From assembly GCA_016212795.1 (NCBI GenBank), contig JACRDT010000036.1:39273-103272 (forward strand): DNA of 64,000 nucleotides, read 5' to 3'. The notes below the pieces were generated by a model that searched no databases, was not told the origin of the DNA, and saw nothing but the letters and a program-made list of their open reading frames with translations. This DNA is from Elusimicrobiota bacterium (GTDB taxonomy: Bacteria > Elusimicrobiota > Elusimicrobia > UBA1565 > UBA9628). This document shows positions 19,440 through 28,816 of the stretch, in pieces. How positions within the stretch are numbered: position 1 is the first letter of the stretch; each line of letters starts with the position of its first letter. Made by a program: the position numbers and the translations under genes.

Positions 19440-20378
19440 ATGCGCTTTCCTCCATCAACGGGGCCCGGGCCGAGGCCCCTCGGCGGTCTCGCCGCCTGCG
19501 CCCGTGTTGCGCTCCTCGCGGGCCTGCCGATGATGATCTTCCCTGCGGCCGGCCTGGGCGCGCCGGCTGATGTCGCCTCGCCCGAACAGGCCCGGCCCGA
19601 GCGGTTCGCGTGGCACTCCCTTTCCCCGAAGGGCGTCTGCGTCGCGGTGAACCCGGGGCGCGTGGACTCGGGGAGGCTGGACCTCCTGGGCAAGCTTTTC
19701 GCCGTCGGAGAAAGCACCACGTTGTTCGAAGCGACGCTGGGGACCGATTCGTTCTTCCTCGGCAGGCAGAGTTGTGAGGCGGCCTCGAAGGTTCGCCCAG
19801 GCGGCCCTGCCGCGGCCGGCGGCGGGGCCGTTGCCGCTCCGGAGCCGCCGATCGAACCCAGTCCGGAGAGGCCGCGAAGCGCCCCTCGCAAGCGCTCTGC
19901 GCGCGAGACTTCGTCCGCCGGGGAGGACGATCCGCCGCTCGAGGCCTATCCGACGGCGGAGTACCTTCCTGGGGAGAGCGAAGGACGCGCGAAGACGGCC
20001 GGCGCCAAGAAGGCGTGGGTCTTCTCGGCCCAAGCCGGCTTCGACGAGGTCGTCGATTTCTACGTCCGCCAGTTGGGCGTTGATGCGCCCGACAAGAAAG
20101 ACGACCGCCGCTATCTGGCGATCACGCCCACGCTGGAGCTCCGCGTCGAGAAGGCGCAGGACGACAAGGTCGTGGTCTCGATGATATCGCGCAAGAGCAT
20201 CGTCGGGATCCCGGGCCTGGAGACGGGCGGATCATGCGTGTCCTGCTCAGGGATATCGCAATCCTCGAGCAGGACCGGGTTCCGGGGCTCCGGAGCGATG
20301 CCGGCGACCTCGAAGATCGAGAAGCAGACGATCCAGAGGCCGACGACCTCCAAGACGACCTCTAAGCGGAAGGATTGA
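19440..20378 (+). CDS. Hypothetical exported protein
   Basis: Signal-like hydrophobic N-terminus, Pro/Ala linker, globular C-terminal part; TATACT 7 nt upstream of ATG. Confidence 0.55.
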   Translation: MRFPPSTGPGPRPLGGLAACARVALLAGLPMMIFPAAGLGAPADVASPEQARPERFAWHSLSPKGVCVAVNPGRVDSGRLDLLGKLFAVGESTTLFEATLGTDSFFLGRQSCEAASKVRPGGPAAAGGGAVAAPEPPIEPSPERPRSAPRKRSARETSSAGEDDPPLEAYPTAEYLPGESEGRAKTAGAKKAWVFSAQAGFDEVVDFYVRQLGVDAPDKKDDRRYLAITPTLELRVEKAQDDKVVVSMISRKSIVGIPGLETGGSCVSCSGISQSSSRTGFRGSGAMPATSKIEKQTIQRPTTSKTTSKRKD

Positions 20379-20385
20379 CCGCGGG

Positions 20386-21915
20386 TCAGAGCCCGTAGAG
20401 GGGCTCGAACTTGGCCTTCAGGTGGGCGATGAGGTCGTGGTGCCCCAGGGGCTTGCCCGTGACCTTCTCGACCAGCTCGCCGGCGCGGTAGCGCGCCCCG
20501 TGGCCGTGGATGTTCTTCCTGAGCCAGCCCAGCAGGGGACGGAAGTCGCCCCGGGCGAACGAGGCCTCCAGGCCCGGGACGTCTTTCTTGGCCCGGGCGT
20601 AGAACTGGGCGGCGTAGAGGTTGCCCAGGGTGTAGGTGGCGAAGTAGCCGATGTGGCCGAAGGACCAGTGCACGTCCTGGAGGCACCCGCGCCGGTCGTC
20701 GGGGACCTTGATGCCCAGGAGCTCCTTGAAGCGCTTGTTCCACGCCTCGGGGACGTCCTTGACCGCGAGCTTGCCCGACAGGAGCGCCGCTTCGATCTCG
20801 AAGCGGAGCACGATGTGGAGGTTGTAGGTCGCCTCGTCGGCCTCCACGCGGATGTGGGACGGCTCGACGGCGTTGATCGCGTGGAGGAAGGCGTCCAGCT
20901 CGACGTCGCCGAGCGCCTCGGGGAAGGACTTGGCCGCGACGGGATAGAAGTGGGTCCAGAACGGCCGGCCGCGGCCCACGAAGTTCTCCCACAGCCGGGA
21001 CTGGGATTCGTGGATGCCGAGCGACACGGCGGAGCCCATGGGGGTGCCGAAGCGCTCCTTGGGGAGCCCCTGGTCGTAGAGGGCGTGGCCCGTCTCGTGC
21101 ATGATGCCGAAGAACGACTCGTTGATGAACCGCTCGTTGTAGCGGGTGGTGATCCGGGTGTCGCCCGGGCCCATCCCGGAGCAGAAGGGGTGGACGACCG
21201 TGTCGATGCGCCCGCGGTCGAGGTCGAACCCGATGGCCTCGGCGGCGCGCCGTCCGAGCTCCCGCTGGGCTTCCACCGGGTAGCGCCGGGTCAGGATGGA
21301 GACGTCGGGCCTCTTGGGCGCGGCCGCGAGACGCTGGATCAGGGGCACGAGCTCCCGCTGGAGCCCGTCGAGGACCTTGGCGATGTTCCCGCTGGTCTCG
21401 TAGGGCTCGTAGTCGTCGATGAGCGCGTCGTACGGGGAGCGCGCGTACCCGTAGCACTCGGCCTTCTCGCGGTTGAGCTTCATGACCTTCTCGAGCCAGG
21501 GCCGGAACTTCTTGAAGTCAGAGTCCCGCCGCGCTTCCACCCAGGCCTGCTGGGACAGGCTGCAGGTGCGGGCGAGCTCCTCCACGAGCCTCTTGGGCAG
21601 CTTGACCTCCTTGTCGTAGGCCCGCCGGGTCTCGCGGATGTTGACGGCTTCCACGCTCAGCGGGTCCTGGGCGAGCCGGGAACCCTCGCATCGCGCGAGC
21701 AGGCCGGCGACGGACGGGTCGACCATCTTGTCGTGGATCAGGCCCGAGAGGTAGGCGAGCTGGTCGGCGCGATGCTCCGCGCCCCCGGGCGGCATGTAGG
21801 TCTCCTTGTCCCAATGCAGGAGCGAACTGCAGGTCCCCAGGAGCGCCGCCTCCTTGCTGAGCGCCATGAGGCGGTCATAGGATCCCTTCACGTCGGTCTT
21901 GGCGGCGGTGGTCAT
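20386..21915 (-). CDS. Carboxypeptidase Taq (M32 family)
   Basis: HETGH zinc motif, HESQSRLWEN, HPFC, IRVEADE, GCLQDVHW, GYFATY. Confidence 0.95.
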   Translation of the reverse strand: MTTAAKTDVKGSYDRLMALSKEAALLGTCSSLLHWDKETYMPPGGAEHRADQLAYLSGLIHDKMVDPSVAGLLARCEGSRLAQDPLSVEAVNIRETRRAYDKEVKLPKRLVEELARTCSLSQQAWVEARRDSDFKKFRPWLEKVMKLNREKAECYGYARSPYDALIDDYEPYETSGNIAKVLDGLQRELVPLIQRLAAAPKRPDVSILTRRYPVEAQRELGRRAAEAIGFDLDRGRIDTVVHPFCSGMGPGDTRITTRYNERFINESFFGIMHETGHALYDQGLPKERFGTPMGSAVSLGIHESQSRLWENFVGRGRPFWTHFYPVAAKSFPEALGDVELDAFLHAINAVEPSHIRVEADEATYNLHIVLRFEIEAALLSGKLAVKDVPEAWNKRFKELLGIKVPDDRRGCLQDVHWSFGHIGYFATYTLGNLYAAQFYARAKKDVPGLEASFARGDFRPLLGWLRKNIHGHGARYRAGELVEKVTGKPLGHHDLIAHLKAKFEPLYGL

Positions 21916-21919
21916 GGGG

Positions 21920-23143
21920 TCATCTCTTGGGGAACTGGTTGTAGCGGAACTGGAAGAGCCCGAGGAACTCGTAGCCGCCGTTGAACTTGATGTAGGAGAC
22001 GTCGAAATTGAGCTTGAGGAAGTAGCCCAGCTTGAAGTTCAGCATCCACGGGTTGAGGGAGGCGCCGTTGAACTTGATGAACTCGACCCCCAGGGGATAC
22101 TGCGGCTTGGGCAGGAAGAAGACGCTCGCGAAGGGCATGCTCCGGCTCCAAGCGCGGTCTCCCTTGCGGCCGGCGTAGAACTCGAGGGCCTGCGGCGCGA
22201 GGAACTCCGTCAGGTGCCCGACGATGTCGCCGGTGCTGCCCTGCATGTAGCCGGCGCTCACGCGCGCCCCGTGGATGTTCTTGCTGGCGACGACGTAGGC
22301 GTCGGAGAGGGTTTTCGTGGTCTTCTGGCTCACCGTGACCGAGACGGTGGGGGTGTTGACCGAGGGCTGGGGAGCGTCGCGGAAGAGCAGGCTCCCGTGG
22401 CCGCCGACGGCCAGGGCCGGCCGCCAGCGGGTCTCCGATTGGATCTGCATCTTGCCCTCGGCGCTCAGCAGCCATTCGCCCAGGCGGTCGATGTAGTTGA
22501 CCTTGCGGACCGAGTTCTCGAATGAGTTGCGGCCGTAGAGGCGGCCGATGAAGTAGCAGGCGTTGAAGTCGAGGCCCATGCCGGGGGTCGTGTATTTCCC
22601 GGCCCCGCGGTAGGCCGTGGGGGTCAGGATGACGCCCGAGACGGCGGCGGGCGGGGTCAAGGGCTTGGCCGCCGCGGCTTCCGGGGCCGGGGGCGGGGCG
22701 GGTCTCTCCGTGAGGGCGAAGACCAGCCGGACCTGGTTCGAGGAGACGGCGATCGGCTCGAACTCGGCGGGCACCGGCGCCCCGGCCATCGAGAAGACCA
22801 GCGGCTCGATCTTCTCGAACCTGCCCAGAGCCCGGAGGTTCTCCAGGTCGGAGGCGACGTCGGCTTTCGTGTAGAGCATGTTCCGCTGCCCGCGCACCTT
22901 GTCGCGAAGGGCCGGGTCGGTCGCGACGCTCGGGCCCACGAAGAGGAGCACCTCGCCCAGCACCCAGGGGCCCTCGTCGACGGAGAGAGCGGCCCCCATG
23001 TTCGAGAAGGGCGAGGCGGTCGTCGCCGTGGAGGCGGCCGGGGCATGGTCGAGGCCGGAGGCCGGGGGTTGGGCCCAGGACGACAGGGCCAGCCAAGGGG
23101 CGCACAGGAGCGGCGCGAGGAAGCCCAGGTTCCTCCTCATCAT
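21920..23143 (-). CDS. Secreted/outer-membrane protein with one POTRA-like domain and a beta-rich C-terminal domain
   Basis: Signal peptide; YTKADVASDLENLRALGRFEKI resembles POTRA; alternating hydrophobic strands ending FQFRYNQF. Confidence 0.55.
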   Translation of the reverse strand: MMRRNLGFLAPLLCAPWLALSSWAQPPASGLDHAPAASTATTASPFSNMGAALSVDEGPWVLGEVLLFVGPSVATDPALRDKVRGQRNMLYTKADVASDLENLRALGRFEKIEPLVFSMAGAPVPAEFEPIAVSSNQVRLVFALTERPAPPPAPEAAAAKPLTPPAAVSGVILTPTAYRGAGKYTTPGMGLDFNACYFIGRLYGRNSFENSVRKVNYIDRLGEWLLSAEGKMQIQSETRWRPALAVGGHGSLLFRDAPQPSVNTPTVSVTVSQKTTKTLSDAYVVASKNIHGARVSAGYMQGSTGDIVGHLTEFLAPQALEFYAGRKGDRAWSRSMPFASVFFLPKPQYPLGVEFIKFNGASLNPWMLNFKLGYFLKLNFDVSYIKFNGGYEFLGLFQFRYNQFPKR

Positions 23144-23634
23144 AGGCCGAGCCCCGGCCAGTGAGCGAGCAGCACCCGCAGCAGGACGTTGGCGACCACC
23201 GCGGCGCCGACATCGTCTCCCACCACCCCCAGCCCTCCCGGGAGACGGTCGAGCCAGGAGTAGGGCGGCAGCTTGACGGAGTCGAGCAGCCGGAAGAGCA
23301 CGAAGCCCAGCCCCAAGACGGCCAGCGTCCTGGGCAGGAAGGCGGCCGTCGTCCACATGCCGACGATCTCGTCGAGGACGATGCGGGGGTCGTCGCGCTT
23401 CCCGAAGATCCTCTCGGCGCGGCCGCACAGCCAGCAGGCCCCCGCGATCGACACGATCAGGATCCCCCCCAGGGACCAGGGGTCGCGCGGCAGGAGCGGC
23501 ACGGACAACAGGCCCACGCAGGTGCCGAAGAGTCCCGCTCCGCTCCATTTTCGTGTCCCCAGGAACTTGACCGGAATATAGCTGATAAAGAAACCGGTCG
23601 CAAAGAGCAGGCACCAGCGCTCCGCTACCCCCAC
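23140..23634 (-). CDS. pgpA: Phosphatidylglycerophosphatase A
   Basis: GLFGT, DDPRIVLDEIVG, FRLLDSVK, GGLGVVGDD; GTG start at 23634. Confidence 0.9.
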   Translation of the reverse strand: MGVAERWCLLFATGFFISYIPVKFLGTRKWSGAGLFGTCVGLLSVPLLPRDPWSLGGILIVSIAGACWLCGRAERIFGKRDDPRIVLDEIVGMWTTAAFLPRTLAVLGLGFVLFRLLDSVKLPPYSWLDRLPGGLGVVGDDVGAAVVANVLLRVLLAHWPGLGL

Positions 23635-24191
23635 GTCTTCTCCAGCGTCGGTCTCGACTGCTTGAGGTACGAGGCGGCGCTCACCCACGTCACGACGACG
23701 CAGAGGACCGTCAGGTAGTAGGGGACCCGCAGCGGCCACGCCGGGGCGCGGACCCGCTCCGCGACGACGAGGATGAGGATCATGGCGAGCACGGCCCCGC
23801 ACTGGAAGCCCGTCTTGAGCTTGCCCCAGCGGTCCGCGGCCATGATCTTGCCCTGGCTGCCCAACAGGACCCGTATCCCGCCGATCACGAGGTCCCGCGC
23901 GATGATGAGGAAGACCCCCCAGAGGGGGATGTCGAGCTCCGGGATCCTCGACAGGGCGATCAGGGCGCCCAGGACCAGGATCTTGTCCGCGATGGGGTCG
24001 GCGACCTTGCCGAAGGGGCTGACGCTGTTGGTGGCGCGCGCCACGTAGCCGTCGACCCAGTCCGTGATGACGGCGGCGACGAAGAGGGCCATGGCGGCCA
24101 GGTGCATGGCGCTGGAGTCGGTCATGAGGAACGCGAAGACGAGGATCGCCAACCCCATGCGCAGCAGCGTCAGCTGGTTGGCGATGGTCAT
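23625..24191 (-). CDS. pgsA: CDP-diacylglycerol--glycerol-3-phosphate 3-phosphatidyltransferase
   Basis: MTIANQLTLLR, TDWVDGYVAR...FGKVADPIADK, GKLKT. Confidence 0.93.
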   Translation of the reverse strand: MTIANQLTLLRMGLAILVFAFLMTDSSAMHLAAMALFVAAVITDWVDGYVARATNSVSPFGKVADPIADKILVLGALIALSRIPELDIPLWGVFLIIARDLVIGGIRVLLGSQGKIMAADRWGKLKTGFQCGAVLAMILILVVAERVRAPAWPLRVPYYLTVLCVVVTWVSAASYLKQSRPTLEKTWG

Positions 24192-25162
24192 CGGGCCGGC
24201 ACGACGTAGTCGCCCGCGGCGTCGGCCTTCGGGAAGTCCGTCGGCGCGCCGTTGAGGGTGAGGGTGATGTCCGAGGGGTTGGGGGTCTTCAGGACGAGCC
24301 GGACCTTCGGCCGGTATTCCTGCCGGGCGCCGTGGGGGACGATGCCTTCGAACCGGACCTTGTCGTCGACGGAGAGGTGGATCCAGGCGTCGCGCTTGAA
24401 CGCGAGGCCCACGACCGGCTCCACCGGCTTGGAGATCGGCTCGAGGACGGGAGGCGGGGCGGGCGCTTCGGCGGACGGGTCGGCTTGGGGCGGGCCGGCC
24501 TTGCCCATCAGGGCCACCAGGGTCCACACGATGAGCATCGCCGCCAGGATCGCGGCGAGCGGGCGCAGGCCCGAAGATGGGGCGTCGGGCGCAGGCTTCT
24601 CGGGGGCCGGCCGCGCGTCGGCCCTGCTGGCGCTCTGCTTCGCGTCGTAGCGGCCGTCGTCCTCGGAGACCAGGCGTTCCCCCTTCCCGGCGGAGCCGCC
24701 CGGGGCCGCGCTCGGAGGCCGCGGCGTCTTGGGCGAAGCCGCCGCGCCGGGGCGGGCCGAAGCCGAGGGACGGGCGCCGTCCTTCCCGGCGGGAGGCGTC
24801 GTCGCGGCGGGGCGGGTCGCCGCCGAGGGGCGGGCGGCGTCCTTCCCGGCGGCGGGCGTCGCGGCGGGGAGGGGCGGCTGGTCGGGAACGATCTTCTTCC
24901 AGACCGATTCGAAGTCGACCTCGAGGTAGTCGCAGTAGATCTTGAGGAAGCCCCGCAGGTAGACCATCGCGGGGAAATCCTCGAGCCGGTTGGCCTCCAG
25001 CGCCTCCACGAGCTTCTTGGGGATGCGGGTGTGCTGGCAGACGACGTCGACGGCGTGCCCCTTCTTGAGCCGCGCCTCCTTCAGCACCGAGCCGATGTCC
25101 ACGTCCAAGGAAGGCGGGACCGTCTTGGCCGGGATGTGTCGCAAAGGGTTGTTGTCGGGCAT
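24188..25162 (-). CDS. rodZ: RodZ-like protein (HTH, linker, TM, DUF4115)
   Basis: IGSVLKEARLKKG...TRI...ALE...YLRGFLKIYCDYL; C-terminal WIHLSVD...FEG; located upstream of pgsA. Confidence 0.8.
   Translation of the reverse strand: MPDNNPLRHIPAKTVPPSLDVDIGSVLKEARLKKGHAVDVVCQHTRIPKKLVEALEANRLEDFPAMVYLRGFLKIYCDYLEVDFESVWKKIVPDQPPLPAATPAAGKDAARPSAATRPAATTPPAGKDGARPSASARPGAAASPKTPRPPSAAPGGSAGKGERLVSEDDGRYDAKQSASRADARPAPEKPAPDAPSSGLRPLAAILAAMLIVWTLVALMGKAGPPQADPSAEAPAPPPVLEPISKPVEPVVGLAFKRDAWIHLSVDDKVRFEGIVPHGARQEYRPKVRLVLKTPNPSDITLTLNGAPTDFPKADAAGDYVVPAR
24764..24883. repeat. Imperfect 60-bp tandem duplication in the RodZ linker
   Basis: CCTTCCCGGC at 24781 and 24841 with similar flanks (AATPPAAGKDAARPS / ATTPPAGKDGARPS). 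Confidence 0.7.
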
Positions 25163-25163
25163 A

Positions 25164-25937
25164 TCAGGGGTTGGAGGGATAGTGGAAGACATCGGCGCCT
25201 TTCGGCGGCGTGAAGTCGAAGAGGGACTTCGGGACATCGGGGTTGAAGCGCGTCTTGTCGAACTCGGTGACGATGAAGGCTCCCGCCGCGGTGAGCTGCG
25301 CCGCGATCGGGAAGTAGTTCTTGGTCGACATCTTCAAGACCAGCACGAAGCCGGCGTCCTTGGCCTTGGGCCGGAGTTCCAGGGCGAAGGCGCGGTGCTT
25401 GTCCGGCCCGGCGGGGGCCACCGTGGCGACCGAGACGTCGTAGTTCTTGCGGAGCTCCGCGTAGGCCCCGAAATTGAGCAGGCCCTCCAGGGCGGGCTCC
25501 GCCTTGCGCCAATCCGCGGCGCTGGATTCGATGACCTGGTTGGACCACTTCCTCCAGACCCAGAACTTCGCCCCGTCCGACACGACCGTCTGAGGCTCGG
25601 GCTCGAGGTACTCGATGCGCAATTTCTTGGGCTTGAGGAAGGTCAGCGCGCACTCCTTGGACTGGGCCGAGCCCGACTCCTCGAGGCGGATGGTCTGCCG
25701 GTAGGTCAGCGTCAGGCTCCCCATCCGGTCGTCCACCTCCTTGAGCCGCTCGAAGACCCCCGCCACCGTGATGGGCGCGGTCGTGGGCTCGAAGAGCGGC
25801 AGGTCCGTGCCGGTCGCGGCCGGGCTCGCGGCTGCCGGCTTCTCGGCGGGCTTCGCCGCCTTCTTGGCCCAAGCCGCGCCCGGCAGGGCGAGCGTCGCCG
25901 CGACGGCCAGGATGAGGGCGCGGCAGGGGAGGCTCAT
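25164..25937 (-). CDS. lolA: Outer-membrane lipoprotein carrier protein LolA-like
   Basis: Signal peptide; FLKPKKLRIEYLEPEPQTVVSDG; FNPDVPKSLFDFTPPKGADV; follows ftsK. Confidence 0.85.
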   Translation of the reverse strand: MSLPCRALILAVAATLALPGAAWAKKAAKPAEKPAAASPAATGTDLPLFEPTTAPITVAGVFERLKEVDDRMGSLTLTYRQTIRLEESGSAQSKECALTFLKPKKLRIEYLEPEPQTVVSDGAKFWVWRKWSNQVIESSAADWRKAEPALEGLLNFGAYAELRKNYDVSVATVAPAGPDKHRAFALELRPKAKDAGFVLVLKMSTKNYFPIAAQLTAAGAFIVTEFDKTRFNPDVPKSLFDFTPPKGADVFHYPSNP

Positions 25938-28192
25938 GACGGTCCGCCTGCCTTGTCCGAGGGCGCCTGCGCTGAAGGCGCAGGGGAACCCTTGAAGTTG
26001 GCGCTGAGGTAGGCGCTGATGGCGTCGAAGTTGATGTCCCAGCGGTTCGTGCCCTCGGGCTTGTGGATCATGCCCTTGACCTCGAGGAGGCTCAGGATGT
26101 TGGTCGCCCGGGCGGAGGACCCGAACTGGGACTTGAGGAGGTCCTGCGACACCCGGCGGCGCTCCAGCACGAGCTTGAGGGCGTCCCGGAACTCGCCGGG
26201 CTCCACCCCGTAGTTCTTGAGGTCGGCCTCGGCGGGCTTCGGGATGGTGTCGAGCGAGGGGTAGTCGGGCTTCCCCGTCGAGCGGAGGAACGCCGCGACC
26301 TTGCGGATCTCGTCCTCGCCGACGAAGGCCCCCTGGCAGCGCGCCGGCTTCTGCGCCCCGGCCGCGAGGTACAGGAGGTCGCCCTTCCCCTGCAGGGCGT
26401 CCGCGCCGACGGCGTCGATGATGACGCGGGAGTCCACCTTGGAGGTGACCTGGAGCGCGACGCGGCTGGGGAGGTTCGCCTTGATGACCCCGGTGATGAC
26501 GTCCACCGAGGGGCGCTGCGTCGCGAGGACCAGGTGGATGCCCACGGCCCGCGCCATCTGGGCGAGCCGCTGGATGGATTCCTCCACCCCGTCGCGCGCC
26601 ACGAGCATCAGGTCGGCCAGCTCGTCGATGACCACGACGATGTAGGGTTCCTTGGGCAGGCCGAGCTTCCGGGCGGACTGGTTGTAGCCGTCGATGTGCC
26701 GCGCGCCGTGGGCCTGGAACTTCTCGTAGCGCTGCTCCATGATCTTCACCATGGCGGCCAGGGACCGCGCGGCGCTCTTGGCGTCCGTGACCACCTTGAC
26801 GTCCTCCGCCGGGGTGATCGGGTCGAAGAGGTGCGGGATGCCCTCGTAGAACGTGAGCTCCAGCCTCTTGGGGTCGATGAGCAGGAACTTGACGTCGTCC
26901 GGGCCGGCCCGGAACAGGACCGACAGGATCAGCGAGTGGATGAGGACGGACTTGCCGCTGCCGGTGGCGCCGGCCACCAGCAGGTGGGGCATGGCGGCCA
27001 GGTCGGCGGCCAGGGGGTCGCCGTCGGCGGTCAGCCCCACCGCGAAGGAGAGCGGCGGCGAGTCGGGCCTGAGGGCGGCGCTGGCGAGGATCTCACGGAG
27101 CGTGACGAGCACCGGGCGGGAGTTGGGGATCTCGATGCCGACGGCGGCCTTGCCCGGGATGGGGGCGATCATCCTGATGCCGCGGGCCCGCATGGCCAGG
27201 GCGATGTCGTTCTCGAGGGCCACGATGGAACTCACCTTCACGCCCGGGGCCGGGCTCACCTCGAAGCGAGTGATGACGGGGCCCGGCGAGGTCCCGGTCA
27301 CGGCGGCTTCGACGCCGAAGTCTCGGAGGGTCTGCTCGAGCCTCGCCGTCGCCGAGGCGAGCTCTTCCTGGGTCGGCAGGCCCGAGTTCCTGTCGCGGAC
27401 CGGGGCGTTCAGGAGCGACAGGTCCGGCAGGATGCCGGAGGCCTTGGACGGGCGGGCGGCGGGCTTGGCGTCGGCGCGGGCCGGGCCCGGGGTATGGCCC
27501 GCCGGGCCCTTCTTGGAGGGGCCGGCGGGGTCCGGCGGCGCCGGAGGATCGTCGGCGACCGTGACGGCCGACGGCGGGACCTGCGACGAAGCCGCGGGTC
27601 CGACGGGGGCGCTGCGCTCCTTCCACTGTTCGAGCTCCCTGCGGGAGCGCACCCATTCGCGGTAGTCCTCGGCCACGATGGCCGCCACCCCGGCGGCCAG
27701 CTTGGCCCAGCGTATCCCCACGATGACCTGGCTGGCGGCGAAGCCCCCCACCGCGGCCGTCATGAAGGCCCCGAACCCGCCGATCCAGCGCGAGAGCGCC
27801 GCGTAGATGGCCGCGCCGGCCGCCCCCCCGAGGGGCGGCGTCCGCGAGAGCCAGGCGCTCACCTGGGCCAGCAGCGTATCGGCGCTCAGGAGCACGATGA
27901 CGGAGCCGGCGGTCAGGGTGATCCAGCCAGACGTGCGCTGCGCCCTGAGGTAGTACGCCATGGCGTTGAGGATGCAGAGGGGCAGGAGGTAGGAGGCCGC
28001 CCCGAGGCAGTCCTTGAGCCCGCGCTCAAGCCAGCGGCCGAAGCTGCCCGCCATGCCCGGGAAGACCAGCAGCCAGGCCAGATAAGCGGCCAGGAGTCCC
28101 GCCGCGGCCAGCCTCAGGGCGGGGAGCAGCGCCCCCCGGGGCTCGCGGCGCGTCTTGCGCGATGTCTTGTAACGGTAAATGAGGCTGGACAT
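25934..28192 (-). CDS. ftsK: DNA translocase FtsK/SpoIIIE
   Basis: N-terminal TMs; Walker A GATGSGKS; Walker B VVVIDELADLM; LATQRPSVDVITG. Confidence 0.96.
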   Translation of the reverse strand: MSSLIYRYKTSRKTRREPRGALLPALRLAAAGLLAAYLAWLLVFPGMAGSFGRWLERGLKDCLGAASYLLPLCILNAMAYYLRAQRTSGWITLTAGSVIVLLSADTLLAQVSAWLSRTPPLGGAAGAAIYAALSRWIGGFGAFMTAAVGGFAASQVIVGIRWAKLAAGVAAIVAEDYREWVRSRRELEQWKERSAPVGPAASSQVPPSAVTVADDPPAPPDPAGPSKKGPAGHTPGPARADAKPAARPSKASGILPDLSLLNAPVRDRNSGLPTQEELASATARLEQTLRDFGVEAAVTGTSPGPVITRFEVSPAPGVKVSSIVALENDIALAMRARGIRMIAPIPGKAAVGIEIPNSRPVLVTLREILASAALRPDSPPLSFAVGLTADGDPLAADLAAMPHLLVAGATGSGKSVLIHSLILSVLFRAGPDDVKFLLIDPKRLELTFYEGIPHLFDPITPAEDVKVVTDAKSAARSLAAMVKIMEQRYEKFQAHGARHIDGYNQSARKLGLPKEPYIVVVIDELADLMLVARDGVEESIQRLAQMARAVGIHLVLATQRPSVDVITGVIKANLPSRVALQVTSKVDSRVIIDAVGADALQGKGDLLYLAAGAQKPARCQGAFVGEDEIRKVAAFLRSTGKPDYPSLDTIPKPAEADLKNYGVEPGEFRDALKLVLERRRVSQDLLKSQFGSSARATNILSLLEVKGMIHKPEGTNRWDINFDAISAYLSANFKGSPAPSAQAPSDKAGGPS

Positions 28193-28286
28193 GATGCGCT
28201 TAACCGCTCAGATATCCCCTTCTCGACTGCTGTCCCCCTCCCCGCCGGGGAGGAGGAGCGCGCCTGCGGCGCTCAGCCCCCTCGCT

Positions 28287-28313
28287 ACTTGCCTCCCCGC
28301 GGGGGAGGCAAGT
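28287..28313. repeat. Perfect 12-bp-stem hairpin between accB and ftsK
   Basis: ACTTGCCTCCCC-GCG-GGGGAGGCAAGT; similar to the hairpin at 63775-63799. Confidence 0.7.
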
Positions 28314-28314
28314 T

Positions 28315-28806
28315 TCATCGTTGCACCACGAAGAGATCCTGGCCGGACTTGACCGCCTTGCCGTTCTCCACCAACACGGTGAGGACGGTGCAGGGGAAGT
28401 CCGCCTTGATCTCGTTGAACACCTTCATCGCCTCGACCATGCACAGCACGTGGCCGGCCTGGATCTTGTCGCCTTCCTTGGCGTAGGGCGGGCTCGACGG
28501 GGAGGGCGCCCGGTAGAAGATCCCCATCATGGGCGCCTTGACCGTGGTCGCGCCCGGCGGCAGGGCCGGGGCCGCTGCCGCGGCCCCGGCATGCCCCGCG
28601 ACGGCCTGGGGGGCGAGGGCCCCGACGTTGGCCGCGGTCACGATCTGGACCGGTGGGTTGGGCGCGGCGCGCACGAGGCGCACCGAGCCTTCGTCGTCGT
28701 TGATCTCAAGGGTTTCGAGCCCGTGCTGGGTCATGAAGTCGTAGAGTGGCTTGAGCCTGGCGAGGACTCTCGGGTTGATGTCCGATGCTTTCTCTTTCTT
28801 CTCCAT
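28315..28806 (-). CDS. accB: Biotin carboxyl carrier protein of acetyl-CoA carboxylase
   Basis: APMMGIFYRAPSP, EAMKVFNEI biotinylation motif. Confidence 0.95.
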   Translation of the reverse strand: MEKKEKASDINPRVLARLKPLYDFMTQHGLETLEINDDEGSVRLVRAAPNPPVQIVTAANVGALAPQAVAGHAGAAAAAPALPPGATTVKAPMMGIFYRAPSPSSPPYAKEGDKIQAGHVLCMVEAMKVFNEIKADFPCTVLTVLVENGKAVKSGQDLFVVQR

Positions 28807-28816
28807 GGCGCCGGTC

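Noticed and set aside
24764-24883. RodZ linker duplication as a phase-variable repeat
   Set aside because: In-frame, diverged two-copy duplication in a disordered linker; no sign of a switching function
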